DNA from: Flavobacteriales bacterium
GTDB taxonomy: Bacteria > Bacteroidota > Bacteroidia > NORP154
NCBI GenBank assembly: GCA_012965625.1
Contig: DTSC01000331.1
Span: 6,621-55,968, forward strand
Direction of reading: 5' to 3'
Length of the DNA stretch: 49,348 nucleotides
This document shows positions 1 to 8,639 of this stretch, piece after piece; the first letter of the stretch is position 1; every line of letters starts with the position of its first letter. Below the pieces are notes generated by a model. That model did no database searches and was not told the origin of the DNA. It was given only the letters and a program-made list of their open reading frames with translations. The position numbers were made by a program, and so were the translations under genes.

Positions 1-2168
1 TTGACCCCTTCTATAGAAACCAATAGCCCATCAGGGATATTTTTTTCAACGATTCGAGTATCCTTTTCTTTGGATTCTTGGATGGGAGTAATATCAGGTT
101 CAAAAATTGGTGTTTCTTCAATTGCTATGGCGGGAGTTTGTTGTGTTAGTTCGACATCAGTTTCGTTTAAAGCAGAAATGGTGCTTTCATATTCCAGAAC
201 GGTAAACTCAGTTCTTCTGTTTTTAGCCCTCCCTTCATCCGTTTCATTATTGTCGATCGGTTTTGAAAAACCATAACCCTTGCTTGTCATTCTTGCTTTT
301 TCAATATTATGTTCCATGAGCCAATTAACCACGGCCCTTGCTCTTTCTTCAGACAAGCGGATATTATATTCTATAGTTCCTTTATCGTCAGTATGTCCAG
401 CTATTTCAATATTAAGTTTGGGATTTGAATTCATTAAATTTAAAACACGCTCAAGTTCAATTATGGATTCATCCTTTAAAACAGCTTTATCATAATCAAA
501 ATAAATAAAGTTTAGGACAATGGATTTGCCAACACCGATTTTACTTAATGAAATATCGTTTGAAAGTTCAAAATAAGGGGTGGCCTCAGGGATATTAATG
601 TTTTCCGAATGGAAAAAATACCCATCTGCTGTAACCGTTATCCCATAATCTCTTCCCGAGGGGAGGGAAACAAGGTACTCTCCAGTCAGCTTGTTTGATT
701 TAGCATTTGCAACGATTTCATTTAGTGCATTATCTACTACTTCAATTTTTGCTTCAACGGGCTGACCTGTTTTCTTGTCTACTATCTTCCCTTTAAGGAG
801 CGTGAGCTCGGGCTTATCATTTTCCGATGGGAAAGTAATCATATAAATGTCTTTTTCTCCTTGTCCTTCAGGCTTAATTGATGAATAATAGCCTCTTTCA
901 CCACTTGCTGCTAGTACGAAAAACACATCATCATCAGGACTGTTAATTGGATAGCCTAAGTTTTTTGGAGTTGACCAGCTGTCAGACAATTTGTTATAGA
1001 TAGACTTTTGTATATCATATCCTCCCATCGTATTATGGCCTTCAGAGCTGAAATACAATGTTTTTCCATCAGGATGCATAAATACAGCATCTTCATTGTA
1101 AATAGTATTAATTGAGGCTCCCAGGTTTTTAGCAACACCCCACTCTCCATTTTCATCTTTTTTAGAGACATAAATGTCGTTTTGACCAAAACCACCAATC
1201 CTGTTACTAACGAAATAAATCGTCATTCCATCATAAGAAAAACAAGCAGTTGACTCATTGAATTCAGAATTAATGTTCTTATTCAGTTTCGCTGGTCTTG
1301 ACCAAGTGTCTCCATCAAGCTCACAGAAATAGATATTGCCATTTCCGCCATCATCTTTGTAAATGAATAGCTGTTGACCATCTGGAGAAAGTCCTACTGT
1401 CGCATCATGTTCTATTGTGTTTACATTAGATCCGATACTTGACGGTTCTGACCATTTCCCAGATTTGTTAGTGGTAGTATAGATGTCTTCATAATAAACA
1501 TCAAAATTCGGATCCCGTTTACCACCAGTTGTGTTTTCGCGCCTTGAAGTAAAGTATAATACAGATTCATCAGCCGAGATTAATGGATGATATTCTGCCC
1601 ATTTGGTGTTTACGGGTGTAGGCAGTGCATCTATTTTTACATTAATGGGGGACTGAATAAGGAAAATTCCCAGATTGCATTCTTCTATCCTTTTTCGAGC
1701 AAGGTTAATTCTCTCCTGATCATCGAGAGTTGCCAGTGTAATGAACTTTTCGTATTGTTCAAGGGCTTTTGTCCAGTTCATTTCCAAATGATAAGACCGG
1801 CCAAGGAATAAATGGATACTTGGGTTTATGTTTGGGTTTAATTGAAGAACTTTTTCAAAATAGGATTTTGATTTTAACTTATCTGAAGACACTAAATAGC
1901 ATTGTCCAATTTTTAAGTTCAGTTCAGCATTATCTGGATTAAACTCGTTGGCAATTAATAAATGGTTAAGCGCCTTTGAGTATACGCCAAGCTTAAATTG
2001 GGATTCGCCTTTTTGTAATTCCCTGTAGGCTTCTTTAAATGCCTCTTCGTCATTTCCAAACAAAGATCTTTCAAAAGGAATATCAGGCTGTGCATTTACA
2101 ATCCCAAGAAACCCAAAGGATAATAATAGCACAATTGCTAGAGTATATTGGATAAGGGAAGATACCAT
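1..2168 (-). CDS. OmpA family outer-membrane protein (TPR + TolB-like PD40/WD40 repeats + CarboxypepD_reg-like + OmpA_C); 3' end runs off the window
   Basis: My own translation of the minus strand from the ATG at 2168 gives MVSSLIQYTLAIVLLLSFGFLGIVNAQ (signal peptide). This is followed by TPR-like helices, then repeated PD40-type segments (YFTSRR.., LSPDGQQLFIY, FSYDGMTIYFVSNR, MHPDGKTLYFSS). A canonical OmpA_C domain comes next (NFIYFDYDKAVL..IEIAGHTDDKGTIEYNIRLSEERARAV..GYGFSKPI..NRRTEFTVLE). The frame is open for 722 codons to position 3. It is absent from the ORF track because it has no in-window stop. Confidence 0.85.
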   Translation of the reverse strand, partial: MVSSLIQYTLAIVLLLSFGFLGIVNAQPDIPFERSLFGNDEEAFKEAYRELQKGESQFKLGVYSKALNHLLIANEFNPDNAELNLKIGQCYLVSSDKLKSKSYFEKVLQLNPNINPSIHLFLGRSYHLEMNWTKALEQYEKFITLATLDDQERINLARKRIEECNLGIFLIQSPINVKIDALPTPVNTKWAEYHPLISADESVLYFTSRRENTTGGKRDPNFDVYYEDIYTTTNKSGKWSEPSSIGSNVNTIEHDATVGLSPDGQQLFIYKDDGGNGNIYFCELDGDTWSRPAKLNKNINSEFNESTACFSYDGMTIYFVSNRIGGFGQNDIYVSKKDENGEWGVAKNLGASINTIYNEDAVFMHPDGKTLYFSSEGHNTMGGYDIQKSIYNKLSDSWSTPKNLGYPINSPDDDVFFVLAASGERGYYSSIKPEGQGEKDIYMITFPSENDKPELTLLKGKIVDKKTGQPVEAKIEVVDNALNEIVANAKSNKLTGEYLVSLPSGRDYGITVTADGYFFHSENINIPEATPYFELSNDISLSKIGVGKSIVLNFIYFDYDKAVLKDESIIELERVLNLMNSNPKLNIEIAGHTDDKGTIEYNIRLSEERARAVVNWLMEHNIEKARMTSKGYGFSKPIDNNETDEGRAKNRRTEFTVLEYESTISALNETDVELTQQTPAIAIEETPIFEPDITPIQESKEKDTRIVEKNIPDGLLVSIEGV

Positions 2169-2234
2169 AACGGATTATTTATTTGTAATATCGCAAGCCT
2201 ACCCAAATCAAATTACAAAACTTTAAATGGATAG

Positions 2235-2636
2235 TTAAACTGAAACAAATTCAAATGGAATCCCTGTCATTTCTGCGAATTCTTCTCCGGATTCCTTCAT
2301 GTCTATATCAGGCTCATCATATTGCCAAATAACTTTGATAATGACATTGTCCTTTTGAAAGGATTCAAGTTTGAGTAAAATGTCGAGGATAAACTTTGCT
2401 GAAGTCGAGTTAAAGTACTCCAGTTTAAATTCGAATTTAACTGTGGGGCTATCACTGAATTTATTGTCTTTCCAGTATCTTAAGTTATAATATTGGTCAA
2501 GCCAATCTAGAATTTTTGAGTAAAATTTTCCGGCATTTTCTGGTCTTGATTCGCCGGAAATCTCAAACTGATTTGTTTCTGGGTCAAGAATGATGGTTGG
2601 GGTAAATTCGGTCGCTTCTATTCTAAGAGGTTTCAT
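2235..2636 (-). CDS. DUF1987 / SiaC-like regulatory phosphoprotein
   Basis: 133 aa. It starts MKPLRIEATEFTPTIILDPETNQFEISGESRPENAGKFY..W, the typical DUF1987 N-terminus. It sits 17 nt downstream of a SiaB-like gene on the same strand. Confidence 0.65.
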   Translation of the reverse strand: MKPLRIEATEFTPTIILDPETNQFEISGESRPENAGKFYSKILDWLDQYYNLRYWKDNKFSDSPTVKFEFKLEYFNSTSAKFILDILLKLESFQKDNVIIKVIWQYDEPDIDMKESGEEFAEMTGIPFEFVSV

Positions 2637-2653
2637 TTATAATGTATATTTAA

Positions 2654-3205
2654 TTAAACTTTAATTTCAAGCACAAAAAAGGAAATATCGTCTTTAATAT
2701 TGTTGAACGCATACTCCAATGGGTTTTCTGATTTTAGGGCGATGTCAATAATGCCCAATCCTGCACCGCTATTCCCTGCAATTACAGAATTCATAATAAC
2801 ATCTCGATACTTTTCTTTCAATTCCTTTCGAGACAGATTGTTTACGTCATCAAGGCGTCCTTTTAAGTCCTCTTTATCTTCTTCTTTTATTAGGTTTCCA
2901 ACAGTTATATAGTATCCAGTCTTGCTTTGCCCTAGTAAGAAAAGAGGAAATTGAGGGGTAAACTCGCCAACATCAAAAAATCCTTCACTAGCATACCTGT
3001 TGATGTTTTCCAGGCATTCTACCATAATGTTATAAAGCTTTTTTCTCTTTGCAACTTCCATATTAAGGCCTTGCATTTGCAATTTAGCATTTGATAAAAG
3101 AGCATTGACAATGTTTTGGTTAAATTCTCCTTTGTAGGCCAAAAGAATCTTTTTGTTAAGCATCGTATTATGAATCCCATAGATATTACCAACATTTACA
3201 GCCAT
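2654..3205 (-). CDS. SiaB-like protein kinase (HATPase-like, DUF6272-type)
   Basis: 183 aa. ILLAYKGEFNQ lies near the N-terminus and a G-box-like NSGAGLGIIDIALKS near the C-terminus, as in SpoIIAB/RsbW-type partner-switch kinases. It is paired with the DUF1987 gene. Confidence 0.6.
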   Translation of the reverse strand: MAVNVGNIYGIHNTMLNKKILLAYKGEFNQNIVNALLSNAKLQMQGLNMEVAKRKKLYNIMVECLENINRYASEGFFDVGEFTPQFPLFLLGQSKTGYYITVGNLIKEEDKEDLKGRLDDVNNLSRKELKEKYRDVIMNSVIAGNSGAGLGIIDIALKSENPLEYAFNNIKDDISFFVLEIKV

Positions 3206-3590
3206 AATTGTGAAATCAAATGTGTTTTAAGACAGCAAATCCAATAGCTATTATCAGATGTAATGATAACAAAGATAAAAATTCCGACTTATTAAAAAAC
3301 AAATTTGGCACATATTCCTGTGATATTGATGCTCAAGAGAAAAAAACAAAGTTAATATAATCACAATCTCTGATGATCCGTAGAAAAAAACGCTAAACCC
3401 ATAAGATAATTCTAAAGTGGGTTTTTACCTCTAGGCAAGAATTTAACCGCAAATCAATTTAATCCTTGGAGAGCATAATTTGAATAAAATTACATAAAAC
3501 CTGCGGTGGAATAATGACGCATTTCTATAATAATTTACAGGACAAAATTTGTACCTTTGGGTTTTCCAACATTCTATCTTTTTTTCGGGC

Positions 3591-5921
3591 GTGGGGAGTT
3601 ATCCAGATGAATTAAATTCTGTTCAACAGCAGGCTGTCATGTGTAAAGATGGCCCAATCATGGTTATTGCTGGTGCAGGATCAGGTAAAACACGAGTGTT
3701 GACTTACAGAATTGCCCAATTAATAAAAACGCAAGTCAATCCCTTTAGCATTCTGGCACTAACCTTTACAAATAAGGCCGCACGTGAGATGAAAGAGAGG
3801 GTGGTTCAAATTGTTGGTGGTACTGATGCTCAAAATGTTTGGATAGGAACATTCCATTCAATATTTGCAAGGATTCTTAGAATAGAAGCTGACAAAATAG
3901 GATATCCTTCTAATTTTACCATTTATGATACAATAGATTCAAAGAATCAGATTAAAGCCATTATTAAGGAATATGGGCTAGATGACAAGGTATACAAACC
4001 GGGCCTTGTGTTAAATAGAATTTCTTTATCAAAAAACAATTTAATAACACCTCTTCTGTACTCCGAAGATATCATGATTCAAAAGGAAGACCAACAAAGT
4101 AATAAACCGAGACTCGGAGAAATATATCAGACCTATGTAAATAGGTGCTTCAATGCAGGGGTTATGGATTTTGATGATTTACTTTACAATATGAATTATT
4201 TACTAACAGAAATCCCTGAAGTTTTACATAAATTCCAACATAAATTCCAATATATCTTAATTGATGAGTTTCAGGACACTAACCTGCTTCAATACTCGAT
4301 AGTTAAAAAACTAGCCGCGCTCAATGAAAATATTTGTGTAGTGGGGGACGATGCACAAAGTATTTATGCCTTTAGGGGTGCAAATATTCAAAACATATTA
4401 AATTTCCAGAAGGATTACCAAGATTTACAGGTTTATAAGCTCGAGCAAAATTACAGATCTACTAAAAATATTATTAATGCCGCAAACTGTGTGATAAAGA
4501 AAAATAATCAACAGCTCCATAAGGAAGTTTGGACCCATAATGAAGAAGGGGAGCTTTTAACAGTATTAAAAGCTCTTACTGACAATGAAGAAGGTCGTCA
4601 AGTTGCTCACTCAATTTTTGATTCCAAGGTAAACTATCAGCTCTTTAATAAGGATTTTGCAATTTTATACAGAACAAATGCCCAGTCACGGGCAATGGAA
4701 GAGGCGTTACGTAAAATAAATATTCCTTATCGAATTTATGGAGGACTATCCTTCTATCAAAGAAAAGAGGTAAAGGATTTACTAGCCTATTTTAGATTAA
4801 CGATTAACAATAAAGACGAAGAGTCACTTAAAAGAGTGATAAATTATCCTGCTAGGGGGATTGGCAATAGGACTGTTGAAAAAATTATGGTAGCTGCAGA
4901 GGAGACAAATAGGTCAATGTGGGAAATCATGGCAAACCTAAAGAAACATCCAATCCCTATAAGTTCTGCTGCAGAAAGCAAGGTCCTAGATTTTGTTTCA
5001 AAAATAAAAAGCTATTCCTTTCAGGCTGGAACAGAAAATGCCTATAAATTAGCAGAGCTTATTGCAAGTTCCTCGGGAATTTTAAAAGATCTTTATGACA
5101 ATCAATCTCCTGAAGCTCTAAGTAAGTATGAAAATCTTCAAGAGCTGTTAAATGGCATAAAAGAGTTTGCTGAAAATTGGCATAAAAATAATTTGGACGG
5201 AGAATCTGATGATTTCAAAGGACCATATTTATCAGATTTTTTGCAAGACATTGAATTGCTGACAGATTCTGACGTGGGTGATCCAAATGATAATGATAAA
5301 GTGTCATTGATGACGATACATGCCGCTAAAGGATTGGAATTTCCCTTTGTTTATATTGTTGGTCTAGAAGAGAACCTGTTCCCTTCTCAGCTTGCAGTTA
5401 ATTCTAGATCAGAAATTGAAGAAGAAAGAAGGCTTTTTTATGTTGCACTAACCAGAGCAAGGAAAAAGGTTTTTTTAAGCTATGCAACATCCAGATATCG
5501 GTGGGGGAATTTAATTTATTGTGAGCCTAGTAGGTTCATGGAAGAAATTGACAGCAAATACTTGTCTTTTCCTGATTCTTTAGATGGCCCACCCATGAAT
5601 AGAGGACCACAAAGAAGCATTAATTGGTTTAGAAAAAAGCCAAAAAGCACAAAAACAACACATGGACACATACCAAGCCCTTTAAAAAAGAGCTTGGTTC
5701 AGCTCCATAAAGTGGCGAAAAAAGACAATCAGGATTTTGAATATGATGACACAAAAGGCTTGCAAGTAGGAATGGAAGTAGAGCATCAGCGATTCGGATT
5801 TGGTAAAGTGCTGCACCTTGAAGGAGTTTTGCCAAATCAAAAAGCCACAGTCTTTTTTTCTTCTGCGGGCCAAAAACAATTACTGTTGAAATATGCTAAA
5901 TTGAAGATCATTGAGAATTGA
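3591..5921 (+). CDS. UvrD/PcrA/Rep-family ATP-dependent DNA helicase
   Basis: Motifs seen: Walker A AGAGSGKTRV, motif Ia FTNKAAREM, motif II LIDEFQDTN, YRS, MTIHAAKGLEFP, LFYVALTRARK. There is a C-terminal Tudor-like tail (GMEVEHQRFGFGKV). The track ORF starts at TTG 3549 with a non-helicase-like hydrophobic extension. GTG 3591 (MGSYPDELNSVQQQAV) fits family N-termini better, but the start is uncertain. Confidence 0.9.
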   Translation: MGSYPDELNSVQQQAVMCKDGPIMVIAGAGSGKTRVLTYRIAQLIKTQVNPFSILALTFTNKAAREMKERVVQIVGGTDAQNVWIGTFHSIFARILRIEADKIGYPSNFTIYDTIDSKNQIKAIIKEYGLDDKVYKPGLVLNRISLSKNNLITPLLYSEDIMIQKEDQQSNKPRLGEIYQTYVNRCFNAGVMDFDDLLYNMNYLLTEIPEVLHKFQHKFQYILIDEFQDTNLLQYSIVKKLAALNENICVVGDDAQSIYAFRGANIQNILNFQKDYQDLQVYKLEQNYRSTKNIINAANCVIKKNNQQLHKEVWTHNEEGELLTVLKALTDNEEGRQVAHSIFDSKVNYQLFNKDFAILYRTNAQSRAMEEALRKINIPYRIYGGLSFYQRKEVKDLLAYFRLTINNKDEESLKRVINYPARGIGNRTVEKIMVAAEETNRSMWEIMANLKKHPIPISSAAESKVLDFVSKIKSYSFQAGTENAYKLAELIASSSGILKDLYDNQSPEALSKYENLQELLNGIKEFAENWHKNNLDGESDDFKGPYLSDFLQDIELLTDSDVGDPNDNDKVSLMTIHAAKGLEFPFVYIVGLEENLFPSQLAVNSRSEIEEERRLFYVALTRARKKVFLSYATSRYRWGNLIYCEPSRFMEEIDSKYLSFPDSLDGPPMNRGPQRSINWFRKKPKSTKTTHGHIPSPLKKSLVQLHKVAKKDNQDFEYDDTKGLQVGMEVEHQRFGFGKVLHLEGVLPNQKATVFFSSAGQKQLLLKYAKLKIIEN

Positions 5922-5931
5922 CCAGATTAAT

Positions 5932-5961
5932 TTGACTTTTTTAACAAAAAGAATAACTTTG
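5932..5961 (+). promoter_or_regulatory. Bacteroidota-type promoter candidate (-33 TTG, 19-nt spacer, -7 TAACTTTG)
   Basis: TTG at 5932..5934 and TAACTTTG at 5954..5961 match the TTG/TAnnTTTG consensus. The site is about 150 nt upstream of the DUF4290 ATG. Confidence 0.4.
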
Positions 5962-6112
5962 TCGTAGAATTAATACCAAAATCAAGGGAGCGTAAAATGT
6001 ATCTCTCGTCATTCTCCGAACAAATTACATAGGTATTAAGCCGAAACTATTATTACTCTGTTTATTAGAAACGATTACTTACTCCTCAAAAGGAAACAAA
6101 TAAAATATTTAT

Positions 6113-6745
6113 ATGGAATACAATACACAACGGAATAAGTTGCACATGCCCGAATATGGTCGCCACATTCAGAAAATGGTAAACCATGCAATAACCATAA
6201 AGGATAATGAAGAACGCAATAAATGTGCAATGAGCATTATTAATGTTATGGGGCAGTTAAACCCCCATCTAAGGGATGTTTCAGACTTTAAGCACAAATT
6301 ATGGGATCATTTGTATATTATCTCAGAGTTTAATCTTGAAGTGGAAAGCCCATTTGAAACTCCTACTCCGGAAAGTGTAAATTCAACGCCAATTAAAATT
6401 GCATATCCGAAAAAGGATTATAAGCATAGGCACTATGGTAAAACCATTCAAAGGATAATTGATGAAGCGATAAAATATAAAGAAGGAGAGGAAAAAGACG
6501 CTTTGATTAGAGTAATTGCCAACCAGTTGAAGAAACTGTATTTGATGTGGAACAAAGATTCTGTTACTGATGAGCAGATAGATGGTGACTTAGGAAGGTT
6601 GTCAAAGGGCAAGTTGAAGATACCTGAAGGGATGAAACTTGTTGAGGTTACTAATCTGATGAATACCGTTAAAAGGAAAAAACGACCATCTAAACCTGGG
6701 GGCAGCTGGCACAAACAGAATAATAGGAGGAAACACCACAATTAA
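6113..6745 (+). CDS. DUF4290 domain-containing protein
   Basis: MEYNTQRNKLHMPEYGRHIQKMVNHAITIKDNEERNKCAMSIINVMGQLNPHLRDVSDFKHKLWDHL is the characteristic DUF4290 N-terminal block conserved in Bacteroidota. The C-tail is basic. Confidence 0.75.
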   Translation: MEYNTQRNKLHMPEYGRHIQKMVNHAITIKDNEERNKCAMSIINVMGQLNPHLRDVSDFKHKLWDHLYIISEFNLEVESPFETPTPESVNSTPIKIAYPKKDYKHRHYGKTIQRIIDEAIKYKEGEEKDALIRVIANQLKKLYLMWNKDSVTDEQIDGDLGRLSKGKLKIPEGMKLVEVTNLMNTVKRKKRPSKPGGSWHKQNNRRKHHN

Positions 6746-6767
6746 ATTATTGCAAAAGACATGATTT

Positions 6768-6793
6768 AAAGGGCGGGAAACTGCCCTTTTTTT
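6768..6793 (+). terminator. Rho-independent terminator candidate
   Basis: AAAGGGC-GGGAAACT-GCCCTTTTTTT: a short GC stem followed by a T7 run, 23 nt after the DUF4290 stop. Confidence 0.45.
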
Positions 6794-6812
6794 ATGCCAT
6801 AATTATAAATGG

Positions 6813-6820
6813 TATTTTTG
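6813..6820 (+). promoter_or_regulatory. -7 box candidate TATTTTTG
   Basis: Exact TAnnTTTG match 17 nt upstream of the UbiD-family ATG. I saw no clear -33 TTG. Confidence 0.3.
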
Positions 6821-6836
6821 CTATAAATTAAACGGC

Positions 6837-8639
6837 ATGGGATATAGTTCATTAGAACAATGCATACAATATCTCGAGAATCATGGTCATTTGATCAGGG
6901 TACATGAGGAGGTTGACCCAACATTGGAAATGGCTGCAATACACCTTAGGGTTCATGAGGCTGCAGGCCCGGCCATCCTTTTTGAAAATGTAAAGGGAAG
7001 CAAGTTTAGGGCTGTTTCAAACCTATTTGGCACACTTGAACGTTCCAAAGTTATATTTAGGGATACGCTCTCTAAGGTAACATCTTTGATAGCTCTAAAA
7101 AATGATCCGCTGAAAGCGCTTCGCTCTCCCATTAAAAATGTCTTAGCCCTTAAAGCTTTTCCTAAGAAAATTAGGCATCCCTTAGCTAAGCTTACATCTC
7201 AATGTCTTCTGAGGGATCTTCCTCAAATTAAATCGTGGCCTGGAGATGGAGGAGCCTATATCCTTTTACCACAGGTTTATACAGAAGATACTGATAAGCC
7301 TGGAGTATTGAGTTCTAATTTAGGATGTTATAGGATCCAAATAAGTGGCAATGATTTTGCGAAAGACAAAGAAGCAGGCCTTCATTATCAAATTCATAGA
7401 GGGATTGGAGTGCATCATTCAAAGACAAACAAAAAAGGAGAACCGCTAAAGGTGAGTGTTTTTGTAGGTGGCCCCCCCGCTCACACATTAGCTTCTGTAA
7501 TGCCTTTGCCAGAAGGATTGTCTGAACTTACTTTTGCAGGAATTATGAATAATAGAAGATTTAGGTACGGTTATGAGAATGGGAGCTGTATTTCGGCGGA
7601 CGCCGATTTTGTAATTACTGGGGAAATTGCTCATAATGAAACTAAACTAGAAGGCCCTTTTGGGGATCATTTGGGGTATTATAGCCTTAAGCATGAATTC
7701 CCATTAATGAAAGTTGACAAAGTTTACCATAAAACGAATGCAATCTGGCCATTTACAGTTGTGGGTAGGCCCCCACAAGAAGACACCCAATTTGGAGCAC
7801 TTATACATGACATTACAGGCCCCATTATTCCTGCCGAAATACCAGGACTTCAAGAAATAAATGCGGTAGATGCAGCTGGAGTACACCCACTTCTTTTAGC
7901 TATCGGAAGTGAGCGTTATACTCCTTACCTTAAGGAAAGAAGACCTCAAGAGATTCTGACTATTTCAAATCATATCCTGGGATTTGGTCAAATGTCACTT
8001 GCCAAGTATTTGATTATTGCCTCAAAAGAAGACAACCCAAAACTTTCTGTCAATAATGTTGCGGAATTTTTTAAACATTGTTTAGAACGCGTAGACTGGA
8101 CCCGTGATCTTCATTTCCAAACGAAAACTACCATAGACACTCTTGATTATAGTGGCTCTGGATTAAATTCAGGCTCTAAGTTGGTTATTGCTGTTGCTGG
8201 GAAGGAAATACGAGAACTTAAAACAGAACTTGATTCAGCATTTTCCCTGCCAGATGGTTTTAGTAATCCTAAATTTGTTCTTCCTGGAGTAATTGCTATT
8301 TCCAGTAATGCTGATTGTCCTATTGAAAATTTGACAAACCATTTAGAAAATGTTGCAATGGATGGTTTTCCATTGATCTTGGTTGTAGACGATAGTGATT
8401 TTGTTTCTCGGTCTTTAAATAATTTCTTGTGGGTGACATTTACCAAAAGCAATCCTTCTCATGACGTATATGGTATAGATAGTTTTATTGAAAACAAACA
8501 TTGGGGTTGTAATGGGTCCCTTGTAATTGATGCAAGAAGCAAGTCTCACCATGCGCCTCCATTGGTTAAGGATCCTGAAATTGAGAAAAAAGTGGATAAT
8601 TTGGGTTCTAAAGGAGCTTCACTCCACGGTATTATCTAG
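6837..8639 (+). CDS. UbiD-family (prenylated-FMN-dependent) decarboxylase, long 600-aa form
   Basis: The N-terminus LIRVHEEVDPTLEMAAIHLRVHEAAGPAILFENVKGSKF, and the blocks GCYRIQI, GIGVHH, VFVGGPPA and GPFGDHLGYY, are typical UbiD-family motifs. Confidence 0.85.
   Translation: MGYSSLEQCIQYLENHGHLIRVHEEVDPTLEMAAIHLRVHEAAGPAILFENVKGSKFRAVSNLFGTLERSKVIFRDTLSKVTSLIALKNDPLKALRSPIKNVLALKAFPKKIRHPLAKLTSQCLLRDLPQIKSWPGDGGAYILLPQVYTEDTDKPGVLSSNLGCYRIQISGNDFAKDKEAGLHYQIHRGIGVHHSKTNKKGEPLKVSVFVGGPPAHTLASVMPLPEGLSELTFAGIMNNRRFRYGYENGSCISADADFVITGEIAHNETKLEGPFGDHLGYYSLKHEFPLMKVDKVYHKTNAIWPFTVVGRPPQEDTQFGALIHDITGPIIPAEIPGLQEINAVDAAGVHPLLLAIGSERYTPYLKERRPQEILTISNHILGFGQMSLAKYLIIASKEDNPKLSVNNVAEFFKHCLERVDWTRDLHFQTKTTIDTLDYSGSGLNSGSKLVIAVAGKEIRELKTELDSAFSLPDGFSNPKFVLPGVIAISSNADCPIENLTNHLENVAMDGFPLILVVDDSDFVSRSLNNFLWVTFTKSNPSHDVYGIDSFIENKHWGCNGSLVIDARSKSHHAPPLVKDPEIEKKVDNLGSKGASLHGII

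Noticed and set aside
1-1811. Track ORFs 1..276(+), 280..495(+), 956..1198(-) and 1587..1811(+).
   Set aside because: All lie inside, and out of frame with or antisense to, the 722-codon OmpA-family frame, which carries clear domain signatures. Their own products are low-complexity with no motifs.
3395-3426. Hairpin AAACCCA-16 nt-TGGGTTT followed by TT, in the 343-bp spacer between the SiaB-like gene and the helicase gene. Considered as a terminator or small RNA.
   Set aside because: Both flanking genes diverge away from it, so there is nothing for it to terminate. The loop is large and the stem is only 7 bp. I cannot show conservation. I also saw no riboswitch-like structure in this AT-rich spacer.
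5997-6032. An 11-codon upstream ORF (MYLSSFSEQIT) in the putative 150-nt leader of the DUF4290 gene.
   Set aside because: It has no amino-acid bias suggestive of an attenuation leader peptide and no terminator/antiterminator structure nearby. It is most likely fortuitous.
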